64,000 nt of DNA, from assembly GCA_900768265.1 (NCBI GenBank), contig CAAGCF010000004.1, positions 25,881 through 89,880 of the forward strand, given 5' to 3'. Of this stretch, positions 10,671 to 21,715 are shown piece after piece. Every line of letters begins with the position of its first letter. Position 1 is the first letter of the stretch. Under the pieces are notes generated by a model. That model worked only from the letters and a program-made list of their open reading frames with translations. It was not told the DNA's origin and ran no database searches. Source of the DNA: an uncultured Collinsella sp. Lineage in GTDB: Bacteria > Actinomycetota > Coriobacteriia > Coriobacteriales > Coriobacteriaceae. A program made the position numbers and the translations under genes.

Positions 10671-12971
10671 ATGGTCAAGCTGTACGAGGACGGCATCTAC
10701 TTGCGCGGTGGCAGCGAGGTTGTGCCTGCGGCCGAGGCTGCAGAGCGCGGCATTACGCAGACGCCCGAGGATGCCAAGCGCGGCACCATCGCGTATTCGA
10801 TCCTTCAGGCACATAACACGTCGGGCGACCCCGAGGCGCTCAAGATTCGCTTCGACGCCATGGCGAGCCATGACATCACCTTTGTCGGCATCATCCAGAC
10901 GGCGCGCGCCTCGGGCATGGAGCAGTTCCCGCTGCCTTACGTGCTCACCAACTGCCATAACTCGCTGTGCGCCGTGGGCGGCACCATCAACGAGGACGAC
11001 CACGTCTTTGGCCTCTCGGCTGCCAAGAAGTACGGCGGTATCTTCGTCCCGCCGCACATCGCCGTCATCCACTCCTTTATGCGTGAGAACTTCGCCGGCT
11101 GCGGCAAGATGATCCTGGGTTCCGACTCGCACACCCGCTACGGCGCTCTGGGCACCATGGCCGTGGGCGAGGGCGGCGGCGAGCTGGCAAAGCAGCTGCT
11201 GCGCGACACCTACGATGTTGCCTATCCCGGCGTCGTTGCCATCTACCTCACGGGCGCCCCGCGCCCCGGCGTTGGCCCGCACGACGTGGCGCTCGCCATC
11301 ATCCGCGCCGTCTTTGCCAAGGGCTACGTCAAGAATAAGGTCATGGAGTTCGTGGGCCCCGGCATCGCGAGTATGACGACCGACTACCGCAACGGCGTCG
11401 ACGTCATGACCACCGAGACCACCTGCCTGTCGAGCATCTGGGCCACCGACGAGGACACGCACGCATTCCTGGCCATGCACGGCCGCGGCGACGACTACCG
11501 CGAGCTCAAGCCCGCCGATGTCGCCTACTACGACGGCTGCGTCGAGGTCGATCTGTCGAGCATCAAGCCCATGATCGCGCTGCCGTTCCATCCTTCCAAC
11601 GGCTTTGAGATCGACGAGCTCAACGAGAACCTCGAGGACATCCTGCACGAGGTGGAGCTCGAGGCCGCCAAGATCGGCGAGGGTAAGACGCACTTTAGCC
11701 TGCTCGACAAGATCGTCGACGGCAAGCTGCACGTGCAGCAGGGCGTCATCGCCGGCTGCTCGGGCGGCAACTACGACTCCGTGGTCCAGGCTGCCCGCGT
11801 GCTCAAGGGCGCCAACACCGGCTGCGGCGAGTTCTCGCTGTCGGTCTATCCCACGAGCCAGCCCGTGGCACTCGAGCTTACGCGCCGCGGCTATATCTAC
11901 GATCTTATGGAGGCCGGCGCGATTGTGCGCACGGCATTCTGCGGCCCGTGCTTCGGCGCCGGCGACACGCCCGCCAACAACGGCCTGTCCATTCGTCACA
12001 CCACGCGCAACTTCCCCAACCGCGAGGGCTCCAAGCCGGGCAATGGCCAGCTGAGCGCCGTGGCTCTGATGGACGCCCGCTCCATCGCGGCGACGGCTGC
12101 CAACGGCGGCGTCCTGACGCCGGCGACCGACCTGCCCGAGGACACCTGGGACGAGGCCTGCGAGTACACCTTTGACGACGCGCCGTACAAAAAGCGCGTG
12201 TACTGGGGCTTTGGCAAGGCGGAGCCCGCCGACGAGCTGGTCGAAGGCCCCAACATCAAGCCGTGGCCCGCGATGGAGCCGCTCGGCGACGATATCCTGC
12301 TCAAGGTGTGCTCCAAGATCATGGACCCGGTCACCACGACCGACGAGCTCATTCCCTCGGGCGAGACGAGCTCCTTCCGCTCCAACCCGCTGGGCCTGGC
12401 CGAGTTTACGCTGAGCCGTCGCGATCCGGCCTACGTGGGCCGCTCCAAGGAGGTCGACGCCGTGGAGAAGCGCCGCGTGGCCGGAGAGGCCGCGGGCGAC
12501 CTGGCGGCGCTCGATGCCGAGCTTGCAGGCGTGTTTGAGGCACTGGCCGGCTCGGGTGTCGCGGCCGATGCCAAGGCGACCGAGTACGGCTCCATGCTCT
12601 ATGCCAAGAAGCCAGGTGACGGTTCTGCCCGCGAGCAGGCCGCGAGCTGCCAGCGCGTGATCGGCGGCCTGGCCAACATCGTCCACGAGTACGCCACCAA
12701 GCGTTATCGCTCCAACGTGATGAACTGGGGCATGGTGCCCTTCCAGATGGAGGCGGAGCCCAACTTTGAGGTGGGCGACTACGTCTTTGTGCCGGGTATC
12801 CGTGCCGCGCTCGATGGCGATTTGAAGAACATCGCTGCCTACGTGGTGCGTGCCGATGGTGCGGTTGAGCAGATTGAGCTCTACATTGCCGATATGACGG
12901 CAGAGGAGCGTGCCATCGTCAAGGCCGGCTGCCTGATCAACTACAACAAGTTCAAGGCCGCTGCCGAGTAA
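10671..12971 (+). CDS. Aconitase-family hydratase (YbhJ-like)
   Basis: [50 protein letters not shown]. Confidence 0.9.
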   Translation: MVKLYEDGIYLRGGSEVVPAAEAAERGITQTPEDAKRGTIAYSILQAHNTSGDPEALKIRFDAMASHDITFVGIIQTARASGMEQFPLPYVLTNCHNSLCAVGGTINEDDHVFGLSAAKKYGGIFVPPHIAVIHSFMRENFAGCGKMILGSDSHTRYGALGTMAVGEGGGELAKQLLRDTYDVAYPGVVAIYLTGAPRPGVGPHDVALAIIRAVFAKGYVKNKVMEFVGPGIASMTTDYRNGVDVMTTETTCLSSIWATDEDTHAFLAMHGRGDDYRELKPADVAYYDGCVEVDLSSIKPMIALPFHPSNGFEIDELNENLEDILHEVELEAAKIGEGKTHFSLLDKIVDGKLHVQQGVIAGCSGGNYDSVVQAARVLKGANTGCGEFSLSVYPTSQPVALELTRRGYIYDLMEAGAIVRTAFCGPCFGAGDTPANNGLSIRHTTRNFPNREGSKPGNGQLSAVALMDARSIAATAANGGVLTPATDLPEDTWDEACEYTFDDAPYKKRVYWGFGKAEPADELVEGPNIKPWPAMEPLGDDILLKVCSKIMDPVTTTDELIPSGETSSFRSNPLGLAEFTLSRRDPAYVGRSKEVDAVEKRRVAGEAAGDLAALDAELAGVFEALAGSGVAADAKATEYGSMLYAKKPGDGSAREQAASCQRVIGGLANIVHEYATKRYRSNVMNWGMVPFQMEAEPNFEVGDYVFVPGIRAALDGDLKNIAAYVVRADGAVEQIELYIADMTAEERAIVKAGCLINYNKFKAAAE

Positions 12972-12982
12972 CTCTGCTGTAC

Positions 12983-13054
12983 GCCCCGGCCACACCTTTC
13001 CCTCGTGCTCACGCGCTTCGCGAGGGTCGCCCGAGGGAAAGGTGTGGCCGGGGC
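12983..13054. repeat. Long perfect inverted repeat (23-bp arms)
   Basis: GCCCCGGCCACACCTTTCCCTCG / CGAGGGAAAGGTGTGGCCGGGGC. Confidence 0.8.
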
Positions 13055-13109
13055 TACTGCGACGTTCTCGTTGGGTCTTGAGGGACGCTAATAAATAGAC
13101 TTGCTTGAT

Positions 13110-13140
13110 GCCGCCTCTGTTGTCGGGGCGGCTTCTTTTT
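13110..13140 (+). terminator. Intrinsic terminator
   Basis: GCCGCCTC../GGGGCGGC stem followed by TTCTTTTT. Confidence 0.6.
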
Positions 13141-13147
13141 GTTGAAA

Positions 13148-13182
13148 ACCCCCACATTGGGGACAGGCACCTTTGTGGTGGT
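13148..13182 (-). repeat. 35-bp hairpin repeat, copy 1 (inverted, 3 mismatches)
   Basis: Reverse complement of ACCACCACAAAGGTGCCTGTCCCCTTTGTGGTGGT. Confidence 0.85.
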
Positions 13183-13232
13183 GGGGACGAGCTCGATGTT
13201 GTTGTGATCGTTGAGCGGCATGTTAATGGGCT

Positions 13233-13901
13233 CTACAGAATTTCATCCGGGCTGGCGGGTTTGGTTGTTTTGGGGATGCCGAGTTTGGATGACGCGAAAT
13301 CGTCAACATTGTCCTTGATTCCGTCTCTGGTGTAGACGGTGACCATATAGGTGCTGTGCCCGAATTCGCTCTTGTCGCGTATTGCCCAGGCCTGCCAGTA
13401 GGCGGCCCCACTTCGCCCTTTGATTTTTCCGACACGGCGGAGTTCTGTTCGCTTTAATTTCTGGTTGCTATAGATGGTTCGACCGGCCTCCTCGGTGAGC
13501 CCGCACTGTCCAAGCATCTTGTCGAGGACTTGGTTCATGTGGCGCTCATCGGTGTTTGGTGCGTAGTCGTAGGCGAGGGTGATGGAGTCGAGTGGCTGGT
13601 CGTCGATCAGATAATTCATCGCCTGAGGGTCAAGGCAGAAATAAGGAGAGCATCCGTCGACCTGGCCGAGCAACGGTAACTTGGACTGCCAAAGTCCGGT
13701 GGGAATTCTATCTTCGTAGAAAACACCGCGGCAGATAAAGGAGAGCGAGGTGGCACGCGAGCCAGCGTCGACCATTCCGCATAAATCGAAGGGCGAGGCG
13801 ATACCGAGGGAAAAGGGCGTGACGACGATAAAGAAGAACATCGCGATGGGTATGGCGAAAATGGTAATGACGTTGCGACCGGTGGAATGAGACGGCTTCA
13901 T
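13233..13901 (-). CDS. Hypothetical membrane-anchored protein
   Basis: 222 aa, SD GAGGAG, N-terminal hydrophobic helix, several Cys, atypical codon usage. Confidence 0.7.
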   Translation of the reverse strand: MKPSHSTGRNVITIFAIPIAMFFFIVVTPFSLGIASPFDLCGMVDAGSRATSLSFICRGVFYEDRIPTGLWQSKLPLLGQVDGCSPYFCLDPQAMNYLIDDQPLDSITLAYDYAPNTDERHMNQVLDKMLGQCGLTEEAGRTIYSNQKLKRTELRRVGKIKGRSGAAYWQAWAIRDKSEFGHSTYMVTVYTRDGIKDNVDDFASSKLGIPKTTKPASPDEIL

Positions 13902-14010
13902 ATGCGCTCCTCGAGACAAAGATCTGTTGAGGATAGGCAGAAAGGGATTGTTCAGAGAACAATTCAAGTTTAATCTCATGGCGCGAGATGGTCGACCGTT
14001 AGCGTCGAAA

Positions 14011-14045
14011 ACCACCACAAAGGTGCCTGTCCCCTTTGTGGTGGT
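14011..14045 (+). repeat. 35-bp hairpin repeat, copy 2
   Basis: ACCACCACAAAGGTGCCTGTCCCCTTTGTGGTGGT. Confidence 0.9.
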
Positions 14046-14095
14046 GAGGAGCGCGCGGCTTCTTTTGGTAATAGTGCTGGCTGGCGATATCATTA

Positions 14096-14806
14096 GTGCA
14101 GGTAGCGAAGGTTTGCGTTGCGAGGTGCTTTGCTGTGAGAAGTCCTGCCCGTATTGGATTGATTGTTTTGGCGCTTGCGATCACTGTGGTTGGCATGGGC
14201 GCTGTCGGCATGGCGTTTCTACCTGCTGCGGTGACGGAGCCGGTGGTCAAGCCTGTGACTCAATCTGTCGAACTTCTGACCGGCGACGACAAGCCTGAGA
14301 CCATTACCGTTGATTTTGATGAGCAACCGGCTGCGCTGGGCATTAGTAATTATCCACATATTCAGCTTGGGGCTATGCGCTATACCACGGATTCTAGTCT
14401 GATCGACAGGGCGTCCGAGCTGCTCAGGGGCAAAACCTTTAAGCGCTGGTATGGATATGCGTCCTATCGGGCAAAAGCGAACGACATGGTCGGCGGATGC
14501 CACTCATCCATCGAGTTGGACACCGCGAATGGCGCCAAGTTATGTGATGTTTCGTACGATCCCGGCTACGAGGGCAATGAGGGGCCGGGTATCTACATCT
14601 TGGACGGCGATGTCGCCTATGTCATGGAGGGCAACCAGACCGAGCTCAACGATTTTATGGGTCAGTGCATTCAGGATGCCTATGAACAGACCTGCTTGCC
14701 AGACCCGCAGACTGCACGCGATAGTGGGTCTGCCCGTACATGGCTGTTCGAGGATGAGATGCCCTGGAACGCCGAATCGGGAAGCACGGGCTCGGCAAGT
14801 AAATAG
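14096..14806 (+). CDS. Hypothetical membrane-anchored protein (start uncertain)
   Basis: 236-aa ORF with N-terminal hydrophobic helix and acidic soluble domain. Confidence 0.65.
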   Translation: MQVAKVCVARCFAVRSPARIGLIVLALAITVVGMGAVGMAFLPAAVTEPVVKPVTQSVELLTGDDKPETITVDFDEQPAALGISNYPHIQLGAMRYTTDSSLIDRASELLRGKTFKRWYGYASYRAKANDMVGGCHSSIELDTANGAKLCDVSYDPGYEGNEGPGIYILDGDVAYVMEGNQTELNDFMGQCIQDAYEQTCLPDPQTARDSGSARTWLFEDEMPWNAESGSTGSASK

Positions 14807-14814
14807 AGGCTGCA

Positions 14815-14849
14815 ACCACCACAAAGGTGCCTGTCCCCTTTGTGGTGGT
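14815..14849 (+). repeat. 35-bp hairpin repeat, copy 3
   Basis: Identical to 14011-14045; 8 bp after the stop codon. Confidence 0.9.
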
Positions 14850-14873
14850 TTGCATGTCGTGGGAGCACTCAGA

Positions 14874-14900
14874 AAATCTTATATATAGAGACTTAGATTT
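14874..14900. promoter_or_regulatory. Probable HspR operator (HAIR variant) upstream of clpB
   Basis: AAATCTTATA-N7-ACTTAGATTT followed by GTGTATAAG. Confidence 0.7.
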
Positions 14901-14989
14901 GTGTATAAGATCGCGCAAAGCTGGCAACAATACTTCTCGAACAACGTGAAGCCGCCCCGTAGGGCGGCTGCCCCAAGAGAGGTGATTCC

Positions 14990-17617
14990 ATGAGAATCGA
15001 TAAGCTAGCAATGACGTCGCGCGAGGCGCTGCAGACCGCCATGAGCACGGCTGCCGACGCGCAGGCCGGCGCGGTAGAGCCGATTCACCTGCTGTCCGCC
15101 CTGCTCGGTGCCGGCGAGCGCAATATCTCCGTGATCATAGAGCGCATCGGTGCCGACCCGGCTCAGCTCGCACGCTCCACACAGGATGCCATCGACCACG
15201 CGCCCAAGGTTTCGGGCGAGGGTCAGCAGATGGGTCTGTCTAACGAGCTCGTCCGTGTCATCGAAAAGGCCGAGAAGAAGGCCACCAAGATGGGCGACAG
15301 CTTTGTAGTGACCGAGCATCTACTGATGGCACTTGCCGAGGACAAGGGCGAGGCGGGCCGCGTGCTGCGCGATGCCGGCGTGACCAAGGAGCGCATCGAG
15401 CAAGTCTACGAGGAACTGCGTGGCGATGACCGCGTGACGTCTGCCGAGGATAAGACGCAGTTTGAGGCGCTGGAGCAGTACGGTCGCAACATCTGTGACC
15501 TCGCCCGCGCCGGCAAACTCGACCCGGTCATCGGCCGTACCGATGAGATTCGCCGCACCATCCAGGTCCTGTCCCGTCGCACCAAGAACAACCCCGTGCT
15601 CATTGGCGAGCCGGGCGTCGGCAAGACGGCCATCGTCGAGGGCATCGCCCAGCGTATCGTGGCCGGCGACGTGCCGAGCACGCTGCGCGACCGCGACCTC
15701 ATCGAGCTCGACATGAGCGCGCTGGTCGCCGGTGCCAAGTACCGTGGTGAGTTCGAGGACCGCTTGAAGGCCGTGCTCAAGGAGGTACAGAAGTCCGAGG
15801 GCAAGGTCATCCTGTTCATCGATGAGCTCCACACCATCGTGGGCGCGGGTGCCACCGAGGGCTCCATGGACGCCGGCAACATCCTGAAGCCTGCACTCGC
15901 CCGTGGCGACCTGCACGCGATCGGCGCGACCACGCTTGACGAGTACCGCAAGTACATCGAGAAGGACGCGGCGCTCGCCCGCCGTTTCCAGACCGTGATG
16001 GTCTCCGAGCCCACCGTCGAGGACACCATCTCGATCCTGCGTGGCCTCAAGGAGAAGTACGAGATCTTCCACGGCGTGCATATCACCGATAGCGCGCTCG
16101 TGGCGGCTGCCGACCTCTCCGATCGCTATATCGCCGACCGTTTCCTGCCCGACAAGGCCATCGACCTGGTCGATGAGGCGGCAAGCCGCCTACGCATGGA
16201 GCTCGACAGCATGCCGGTCGAGATTGACGCCACCACGCGTCAGCTCACCCAGCTGCAGATCGAGGAGCAGGCGCTCATGAAGGAGACCGATGACGCCTCC
16301 AAGGAGCGTCTGGAGGCCCTGCGTCAGGAGATCGCCGAGGTCCAGGAAAAGCTCAACGTGCAAAAGGCCGGCTGGCTCAACCAAAAGAACGCCATCGACC
16401 ACGTGCAGGAGCTTAAGGGCCAGCTTGACGAGGCCAAGAGCGAAGAGGAGCGCGCGACGCGCAACGGCGACCTGGGCCGTGCGTCCGAGCTGCGCTTCTC
16501 CGTGATTCCGGGCCTGCAGCAGCAGATTCAGGATTCCGAGGCCGCGCTCGAGGCACAAAAGCAGCAGGACGGCGAGGGCCTCAACGAACAGGTGACCTCC
16601 GATGAGATCGCCGAGGTCGTGAGCGCTTGGACCGGCGTGCCCGTGTCCAAGATGATGCAGGGCGAGCTCGACAAGCTCAAGGGCCTGGAGGGCGAGCTGC
16701 ATAAGCGCGTCATCGGTCAGGATGAGGCGGTCTCCGCTGTGGCCGCGGCCGTACGTCGCAGCCGTGCGGGCCTCTCCGATCCGGACAAGCCCATCGGCAG
16801 CTTCTTCTTCCTGGGCCCCACCGGCGTGGGCAAGACCGAGCTCGCCAAGGCGCTTGCCGAGTGCCTGTTCGATGACGAGCGCGCGCTCGTGCGTATCGAC
16901 ATGTCCGAGTACATGGAGAAGTTCAGCGTCCAGCGTCTGATCGGTGCACCTCCGGGATACGTGGGCTACGACGAGGGCGGCCAGCTCACCGAAGCCGTGC
17001 GCCGTCGTCCGTACTCCGTGATCTTGCTCGACGAGATGGAGAAGGCCCATCCGGATGTCTTTAACGTGCTGCTGCAGGTGCTTGATGACGGCCGTCTGAC
17101 CGATGGCCAGGGTCGCCAGGTGTCCTTCAAGAACACGATTATCATCATGACGTCCAACGTGGGTTCCAAGGCTATCGCCGAGCTTTCCGGCAAGGACGAG
17201 GAGGAGATGCGCCATCAGGTCGACGCGGCCATGGCTCAGACCTTCCGCCCCGAGTTCCTCAACCGTATCGACGATATCGTGGTGTTCCATCCGCTCGGCA
17301 TGGCGCAGATCGAGAAGATCGTCGACATCCAGCTCGCCGACGTCCGCGCGCGTCTGGCCAAGGAGCGCATGACGCTTGCCATCACCCCGGCGGCCAAGCA
17401 GATGCTCGCCGTGGGTGGCCTGGACCCTGTGTTCGGTGCCCGTCCGCTCAAGCGCCTGGTCCAGCGCGAGGTCGTGGACGCCATCGCCGCCGCCATCATC
17501 GACGGCACGGTGCGCGAGGGCGATCAGGTGACGGTCGATGTCGACAAGGACGGCGGCTTTACCGTCGTGTGCGATAACACGCCGGCGGCCACCTACGAGG
17601 TTCCCGACGCCGAGTAG
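14990..17617 (+). CDS. clpB: ATP-dependent disaggregase ClpB
   Basis: Two AAA+ modules ([16 protein letters not shown]), coiled-coil M domain. Confidence 0.97.
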   Translation: MRIDKLAMTSREALQTAMSTAADAQAGAVEPIHLLSALLGAGERNISVIIERIGADPAQLARSTQDAIDHAPKVSGEGQQMGLSNELVRVIEKAEKKATKMGDSFVVTEHLLMALAEDKGEAGRVLRDAGVTKERIEQVYEELRGDDRVTSAEDKTQFEALEQYGRNICDLARAGKLDPVIGRTDEIRRTIQVLSRRTKNNPVLIGEPGVGKTAIVEGIAQRIVAGDVPSTLRDRDLIELDMSALVAGAKYRGEFEDRLKAVLKEVQKSEGKVILFIDELHTIVGAGATEGSMDAGNILKPALARGDLHAIGATTLDEYRKYIEKDAALARRFQTVMVSEPTVEDTISILRGLKEKYEIFHGVHITDSALVAAADLSDRYIADRFLPDKAIDLVDEAASRLRMELDSMPVEIDATTRQLTQLQIEEQALMKETDDASKERLEALRQEIAEVQEKLNVQKAGWLNQKNAIDHVQELKGQLDEAKSEEERATRNGDLGRASELRFSVIPGLQQQIQDSEAALEAQKQQDGEGLNEQVTSDEIAEVVSAWTGVPVSKMMQGELDKLKGLEGELHKRVIGQDEAVSAVAAAVRRSRAGLSDPDKPIGSFFFLGPTGVGKTELAKALAECLFDDERALVRIDMSEYMEKFSVQRLIGAPPGYVGYDEGGQLTEAVRRRPYSVILLDEMEKAHPDVFNVLLQVLDDGRLTDGQGRQVSFKNTIIIMTSNVGSKAIAELSGKDEEEMRHQVDAAMAQTFRPEFLNRIDDIVVFHPLGMAQIEKIVDIQLADVRARLAKERMTLAITPAAKQMLAVGGLDPVFGARPLKRLVQREVVDAIAAAIIDGTVREGDQVTVDVDKDGGFTVVCDNTPAATYEVPDAE

Positions 17618-17661
17618 ATTTTGGGCCATGCCTTAAAATCTACTAGCCGTCTCTAAACGCC

Positions 17662-17698
17662 AAGGGCGGCGGATCCAATTGGGTCCGCCGCCCTTTTT
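17662..17698 (+). terminator. Intrinsic terminator
   Basis: AAGGGCGGCGGATCC/GGGTCCGCCGCCCTT plus T run. Confidence 0.85.
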
Positions 17699-17750
17699 CG
17701 TGCGACAATCGATGGTGTTAAATGCGAGTACATGGCAAGGAGCTATGCAG

Positions 17751-17924
17751 ATGAAAGACGAGATCAAGACAAGCGCGCCGGCACCCAAGCCTGCGCCTAA
17801 GCCGGCACCCAAGCCGCGCGACCCCTACATCCGTGCCGAGAACGAGGACGACGACGGCTACGATCCCTACAGCGATCGCCGCCCCGAGCGTGAGCCGATG
17901 TTCGAAGCCGATCCGTGGCGCTGA
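17751..17924 (+). CDS. Small hypothetical protein (57 aa)
   Basis: SD AGGAG 8 nt upstream, host-like codon usage, PAPK repeats, acidic tail. Confidence 0.65.
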   Translation: MKDEIKTSAPAPKPAPKPAPKPRDPYIRAENEDDDGYDPYSDRRPEREPMFEADPWR

Positions 17925-17948
17925 GTGCCACCCAAAAGGCCACCAATA

Positions 17949-18015
17949 AGTTGCGGTGAAATAGGGACTGTTTTGCGGTTTGACCAGCAAAAACAATCCC
18001 TATTTCACCGCAACT
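17949..18015. repeat. Long hairpin between convergent genes
   Basis: AGTTGCGGTGAAATAGGGA / TCCCTATTTCACCGCAACT perfect 19-bp arms. Confidence 0.75.
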
Positions 18016-18056
18016 GCGTTGGGGATGTGGGCGTTGGGCGGCTGTCTTCGGGCCGG

Positions 18057-19559
18057 CTAGTCCTGGGCCTTGATGCTCGGCAGCAGGATCTGCGCGAGGT
18101 AGTCGGTCTCGAGTTTGGTCGCGGCGTCGGCTTTGCCGTCTTTGCCGACCAGTACGTTCTTGATCTGGCTATAGGTGTAGCGGTTGCCGGTCGTAAGCTC
18201 GACAAGCTCAATGGCCGTGTCCATGGGGTAGGTTGACACGGGGTTCTGCGTCCGTCCGTTGATGGTCTGGGGCACCACGTACGGATAGACGGGGCCGCTG
18301 GCGTAGACGGTGTAGCCGTTGCCTAGATTGGCCGCACCCAAAACCGTATCGCCCTCATCGGGCGTAAAGCTCTCGTCCTCGCGCACGGCGACGAGCGTCA
18401 CGAGCGGCGTATTGGCGTCGTCGCCCAGATAGATGCATAGCGTGCTGCCGTTTTGCCAAGTTGCGACCTTGCCGTACCACTCGACAGGAATATCGAGCTG
18501 ATACAGGTCCGTTGCCTTATGTCGAGCATCGGCGTCGCGGGCCGCCTGTGCCTTTTGCGCGCTCACGGCATTGACGGCGGCGTCGCGCCGTGCGGTTGCC
18601 GCCTGCTGGAGCACCTTGGCGGTGGCGGCGGAGCTCGCGCCTCCCTCCTCGGCATATTTGGCGGCGGCATCGATTTGGTCGTCAGTCACCGTGTCGGCCG
18701 AAGGCACCTTAAGCTTAAAGGTGGCCTGGGCACTCAAATCCTGCCCATCGCTCTTGACCGTAACCTGCGCCTTGGTGGTCGGGACGGTGTAGATGGTGCC
18801 GTCTTCCGCGATGGGGGATCCAGCAATGGAGAGCGTGTAATCGCCGGGCAGCAGCTTGATGCCGCGACCATGCTCATCAACGTAGAGCGTTTCGCTCACG
18901 GAAGAACCGTCGGAATCCTGCCCGCTCACCTGTACGGGAATCATGGAGCCAGTTGAGCAGTCGAGGCCCGCGGCATGCACGCCAATCTGCACCGACATCA
19001 TCGTGTGCGCATTGGCGGCGACAGTGGCAGCCTGCTCTTGCTGATATTCGTTCCAGGCAGCATAGCCTGCGCCGCCGGCGACGAGCGCGACGGCCACAAT
19101 GCCGGCAACCATCAGGTTGCGGCGCTTGGGCGACATCTTGCGGTGACGGGCCTCGGCCTCATGTGCCGAAGGAACGGACGGTAGGGGAATATCGCCCATG
19201 GCGATGGTCTCGTCCACGGCAGGTGCAGAGCCTAAGCCAGGGAGCTCGCGGGTCAGCGAATCTTCGGCCGGCAAGCTGTCGAGCAAGATGGTTTCCTCGC
19301 TCGTGTCAGATTCGGGCTGGTCGTCGGCCTTGCATTCGGATTCCTCGTGCCCCGCCTCGTCTTCGGTGGGCGCGGCGCCATCGTCTTTTGCATCCTGATC
19401 ATCGGGCTGCGCCTCGATTTCCGGCTCATCCAGCACATCAACGCTCGAATCGTCAAACGCAATCTCGGCCAGCGCGATCTGGTCTAGGCTCTCCAGGGCC
19501 TCGGCACACGCTTCTGCATCTTGGGCCGCATCCTCTTGGCCCATCGTCTCATCTTTCAT
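18057..19559 (-). CDS. Hypothetical single-pass membrane protein with acidic disordered N-terminus
   Basis: 500-aa ORF; basic patch plus TM helix followed by a beta-rich domain. Confidence 0.8.
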   Translation of the reverse strand: MKDETMGQEDAAQDAEACAEALESLDQIALAEIAFDDSSVDVLDEPEIEAQPDDQDAKDDGAAPTEDEAGHEESECKADDQPESDTSEETILLDSLPAEDSLTRELPGLGSAPAVDETIAMGDIPLPSVPSAHEAEARHRKMSPKRRNLMVAGIVAVALVAGGAGYAAWNEYQQEQAATVAANAHTMMSVQIGVHAAGLDCSTGSMIPVQVSGQDSDGSSVSETLYVDEHGRGIKLLPGDYTLSIAGSPIAEDGTIYTVPTTKAQVTVKSDGQDLSAQATFKLKVPSADTVTDDQIDAAAKYAEEGGASSAATAKVLQQAATARRDAAVNAVSAQKAQAARDADARHKATDLYQLDIPVEWYGKVATWQNGSTLCIYLGDDANTPLVTLVAVREDESFTPDEGDTVLGAANLGNGYTVYASGPVYPYVVPQTINGRTQNPVSTYPMDTAIELVELTTGNRYTYSQIKNVLVGKDGKADAATKLETDYLAQILLPSIKAQD

Positions 19560-19681
19560 ATATCCCCCAAGCTCAATATCGGGACAACACTGTACCCAAA
19601 AATGGAGCCATATAAAGCGCATGCGAAATATAAGATCCGATTTAACCCGAGCGCATCGTTCAGTCGCATCCTCGCGGCAGC

Positions 19682-19722
19682 AAAAAGCCCCCGGAACGCG
19701 AACGAATCACATTCCGGGGGCT
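19682..19722 (-). terminator. Intrinsic terminator
   Basis: AGCCCCCGGAA/TTCCGGGGGCT with A run on the left. Confidence 0.65.
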
Positions 19723-19792
19723 CTGCAATGCGTTGAGTTGCGCGGAGCCGGTTATGCGGCTTCGTACCCAAGCGATGTTTGCGTCAGGCGCG

Positions 19793-20800
19793 CTACTCGG
19801 CGTGCGCGTAATCAACCTTGGCGCGGCGAGCGGTGGCCTTCTCCCAATCGCTGGTGCCCTCAAAGACATCCTGCTTGTAGGGATTGCGGCCGAGCTTCTT
19901 GGCACGGTAGGCGATGTAGATGATTGCGGCGACGTTGGCGACCAGTGCGGCGATCGAGACCGCGGTAGCGGCGCCGGCGTCGAGCGTGGAGTGGGTCACA
20001 AAGATGGACTCCTCCTGGAAGTACGGGAACACCTGGGCAAACATGCACCAAATGGCCAGCGTAAAGGCGCGGTTCTGGATCCAGCCGCCCTTGTTCCAGA
20101 TAAAGGCGGCGACGGTGGGCGCCAGCAGCAGCGCAAAGCCGCAGAACCAGGAGTGGGTGGGCAGGCAGTTGTAGGTGTAGCAGAAGTTCCAGATATCGTA
20201 GGCGATGATGTAGACCCAGGTCATGTCGGGCCACAGCATATCGGTCTTGTCCTCGGAGGCGTAGACGCTCCACCAACCGGTCATGCAGAAGATGTTGATG
20301 AGACCGGCGATGCCGTTGAACACGTTGTTCCAGCCGGCCAGCTGCGTAGCACCTTCGGAGGTGACCCAAGTGGACTGGCCCAGGACAAAGAAGTGATAGG
20401 CGCTCTCGAAGTCGGACACGACGGCGATCAAGATGTTGATGGCGACGATTACAAACGGCCACGCGCGGAACCAATGCGCCTTACCGATCTTTCCCCACTG
20501 GTACTTAATGGCAATGAAGCCCCAGCAACCGGCCAGCGCCGCGTATACCTTGGCGTAGTGGAACCAGCTGTTCTGGTACACATGGGTGGGGTTGGTGAGC
20601 GCCCACTCGGCGCCCTGTGAGACGCCGATGGCGATGGCGACGCAGTAGATGGTCATGGCCAGCGGAGCCACGCCAAAGATGATTGCCGCGCCCAGCTTGG
20701 TGCGGCGGCCGACCTCGTTGAGCACGATCAGGCCAATAAAGACCATGGCCCAGCCGGCCCAGTGGATAAGGGTATCGCTACCCCAAACATCGAACAGCAT
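19793..20800 (-). CDS. Polytopic membrane protein, DUF5692-like
   Basis: Trp-rich multi-TM protein with WFHYAKVY, INILIAV, WPDMTW.YI.AYD.WNF, W.QNRA.TL. Confidence 0.75.
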   Translation of the reverse strand: MLFDVWGSDTLIHWAGWAMVFIGLIVLNEVGRRTKLGAAIIFGVAPLAMTIYCVAIAIGVSQGAEWALTNPTHVYQNSWFHYAKVYAALAGCWGFIAIKYQWGKIGKAHWFRAWPFVIVAINILIAVVSDFESAYHFFVLGQSTWVTSEGATQLAGWNNVFNGIAGLINIFCMTGWWSVYASEDKTDMLWPDMTWVYIIAYDIWNFCYTYNCLPTHSWFCGFALLLAPTVAAFIWNKGGWIQNRAFTLAIWCMFAQVFPYFQEESIFVTHSTLDAGAATAVSIAALVANVAAIIYIAYRAKKLGRNPYKQDVFEGTSDWEKATARRAKVDYAHAE

Positions 20801-20863
20801 GCTGCTCTCCTTTCACACGCCCGCGGCCCCTCTTCCGATCGCGGGCAGTTTGGCCAAATGTCT

Positions 20864-21526
20864 TCAGTTCTGGGGCTTGCGCTCCGGATACTTGGCGGTA
20901 TAGCCCTCGATGTGGAGTGTCGAGGCGATGATTTCCTTGACCGTCTCGTCGGGCACATCGGGGTGCGTACGGATATACATCAACAACCCCATGATGAGGG
21001 TGTAGAACGTCTCGTAGACATGGTCGATGCGCAGCTCGTGATGGGCGACAAAGTCCACCACGGTGGTGTCGCAGATGTACTGAGCCACGCGCTGAACCAC
21101 GTTGTGCAGAAAGCCGCCGTAGAGTGCGCCGCTGCTCGAGGTCAGGGTGCTCGGCAGCTCGCGACCGCTGGCGACCAAGCGCTTAAAGAGCGGGGCGACG
21201 GTGTCGAGTGCGCCCTCGATATCACCGACGACGCGGCTGGCATTCCACTGTTCGAGCTCGGAGATAAAACCGTCGATTGCCTCGTCCATGACGGCGGTGA
21301 CGGCGGCGTCCATGTCGGCGAAGTAGTGGTAGAACAGCGAGCGCGTGCAACCGGCTCGCTTGGTCACGGCCGAGACGGATAGATGCGACACGCCCAGCTC
21401 GGAGCTTACGGTGCGCACGGCATCGAGGATCTCGCGACGGCGTTCGTCGCCCGTCAGGCGCTTTGCCGCGCTATCGGATGCGGGGACGGCATCGACCACA
21501 GAGGTATCTGTCGTGTTGTTGCCCAT
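20864..21526 (-). CDS. TetR/AcrR-family regulator
   Basis: HTH LSVSAVTKRAGCTRSLFYHYF. Confidence 0.9.
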   Translation of the reverse strand: MGNNTTDTSVVDAVPASDSAAKRLTGDERRREILDAVRTVSSELGVSHLSVSAVTKRAGCTRSLFYHYFADMDAAVTAVMDEAIDGFISELEQWNASRVVGDIEGALDTVAPLFKRLVASGRELPSTLTSSSGALYGGFLHNVVQRVAQYICDTTVVDFVAHHELRIDHVYETFYTLIMGLLMYIRTHPDVPDETVKEIIASTLHIEGYTAKYPERKPQN

Positions 21527-21584
21527 GTTTTGCCGCCTTTCATCCTCTTTTGCCTGACCGTTCGCCTAACAGTCTTGAATATTG

Positions 21585-21622
21585 TTGACGGTTCGTCAAT
21601 ACTATTTTTGACACAATGTCAA
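21585..21622. promoter_or_regulatory. Tandem palindromic operators (probable TetR sites)
   Basis: TTGAC-N5-GTCAA at 21585 and 21608 in the divergent intergenic region. Confidence 0.75.
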
Positions 21623-21715
21623 CAATGGCGGGTGAACGGCATGGGGGGCATGCCCGGCCTGCAAAAAAGAGGGGTGCCGCGGTCTCGCCGGGCTGTGGCA
21701 AGAGAAGGGACAACC

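Noticed and set aside
13148..14849. 35-bp palindromic repeats as a CRISPR array
   Set aside because: Spacing about 800 bp with whole genes between, mixed orientation, no cas genes
14864..14890. CIRCE element before clpB
   Set aside because: Only AGCACTC is present; the second arm is missing
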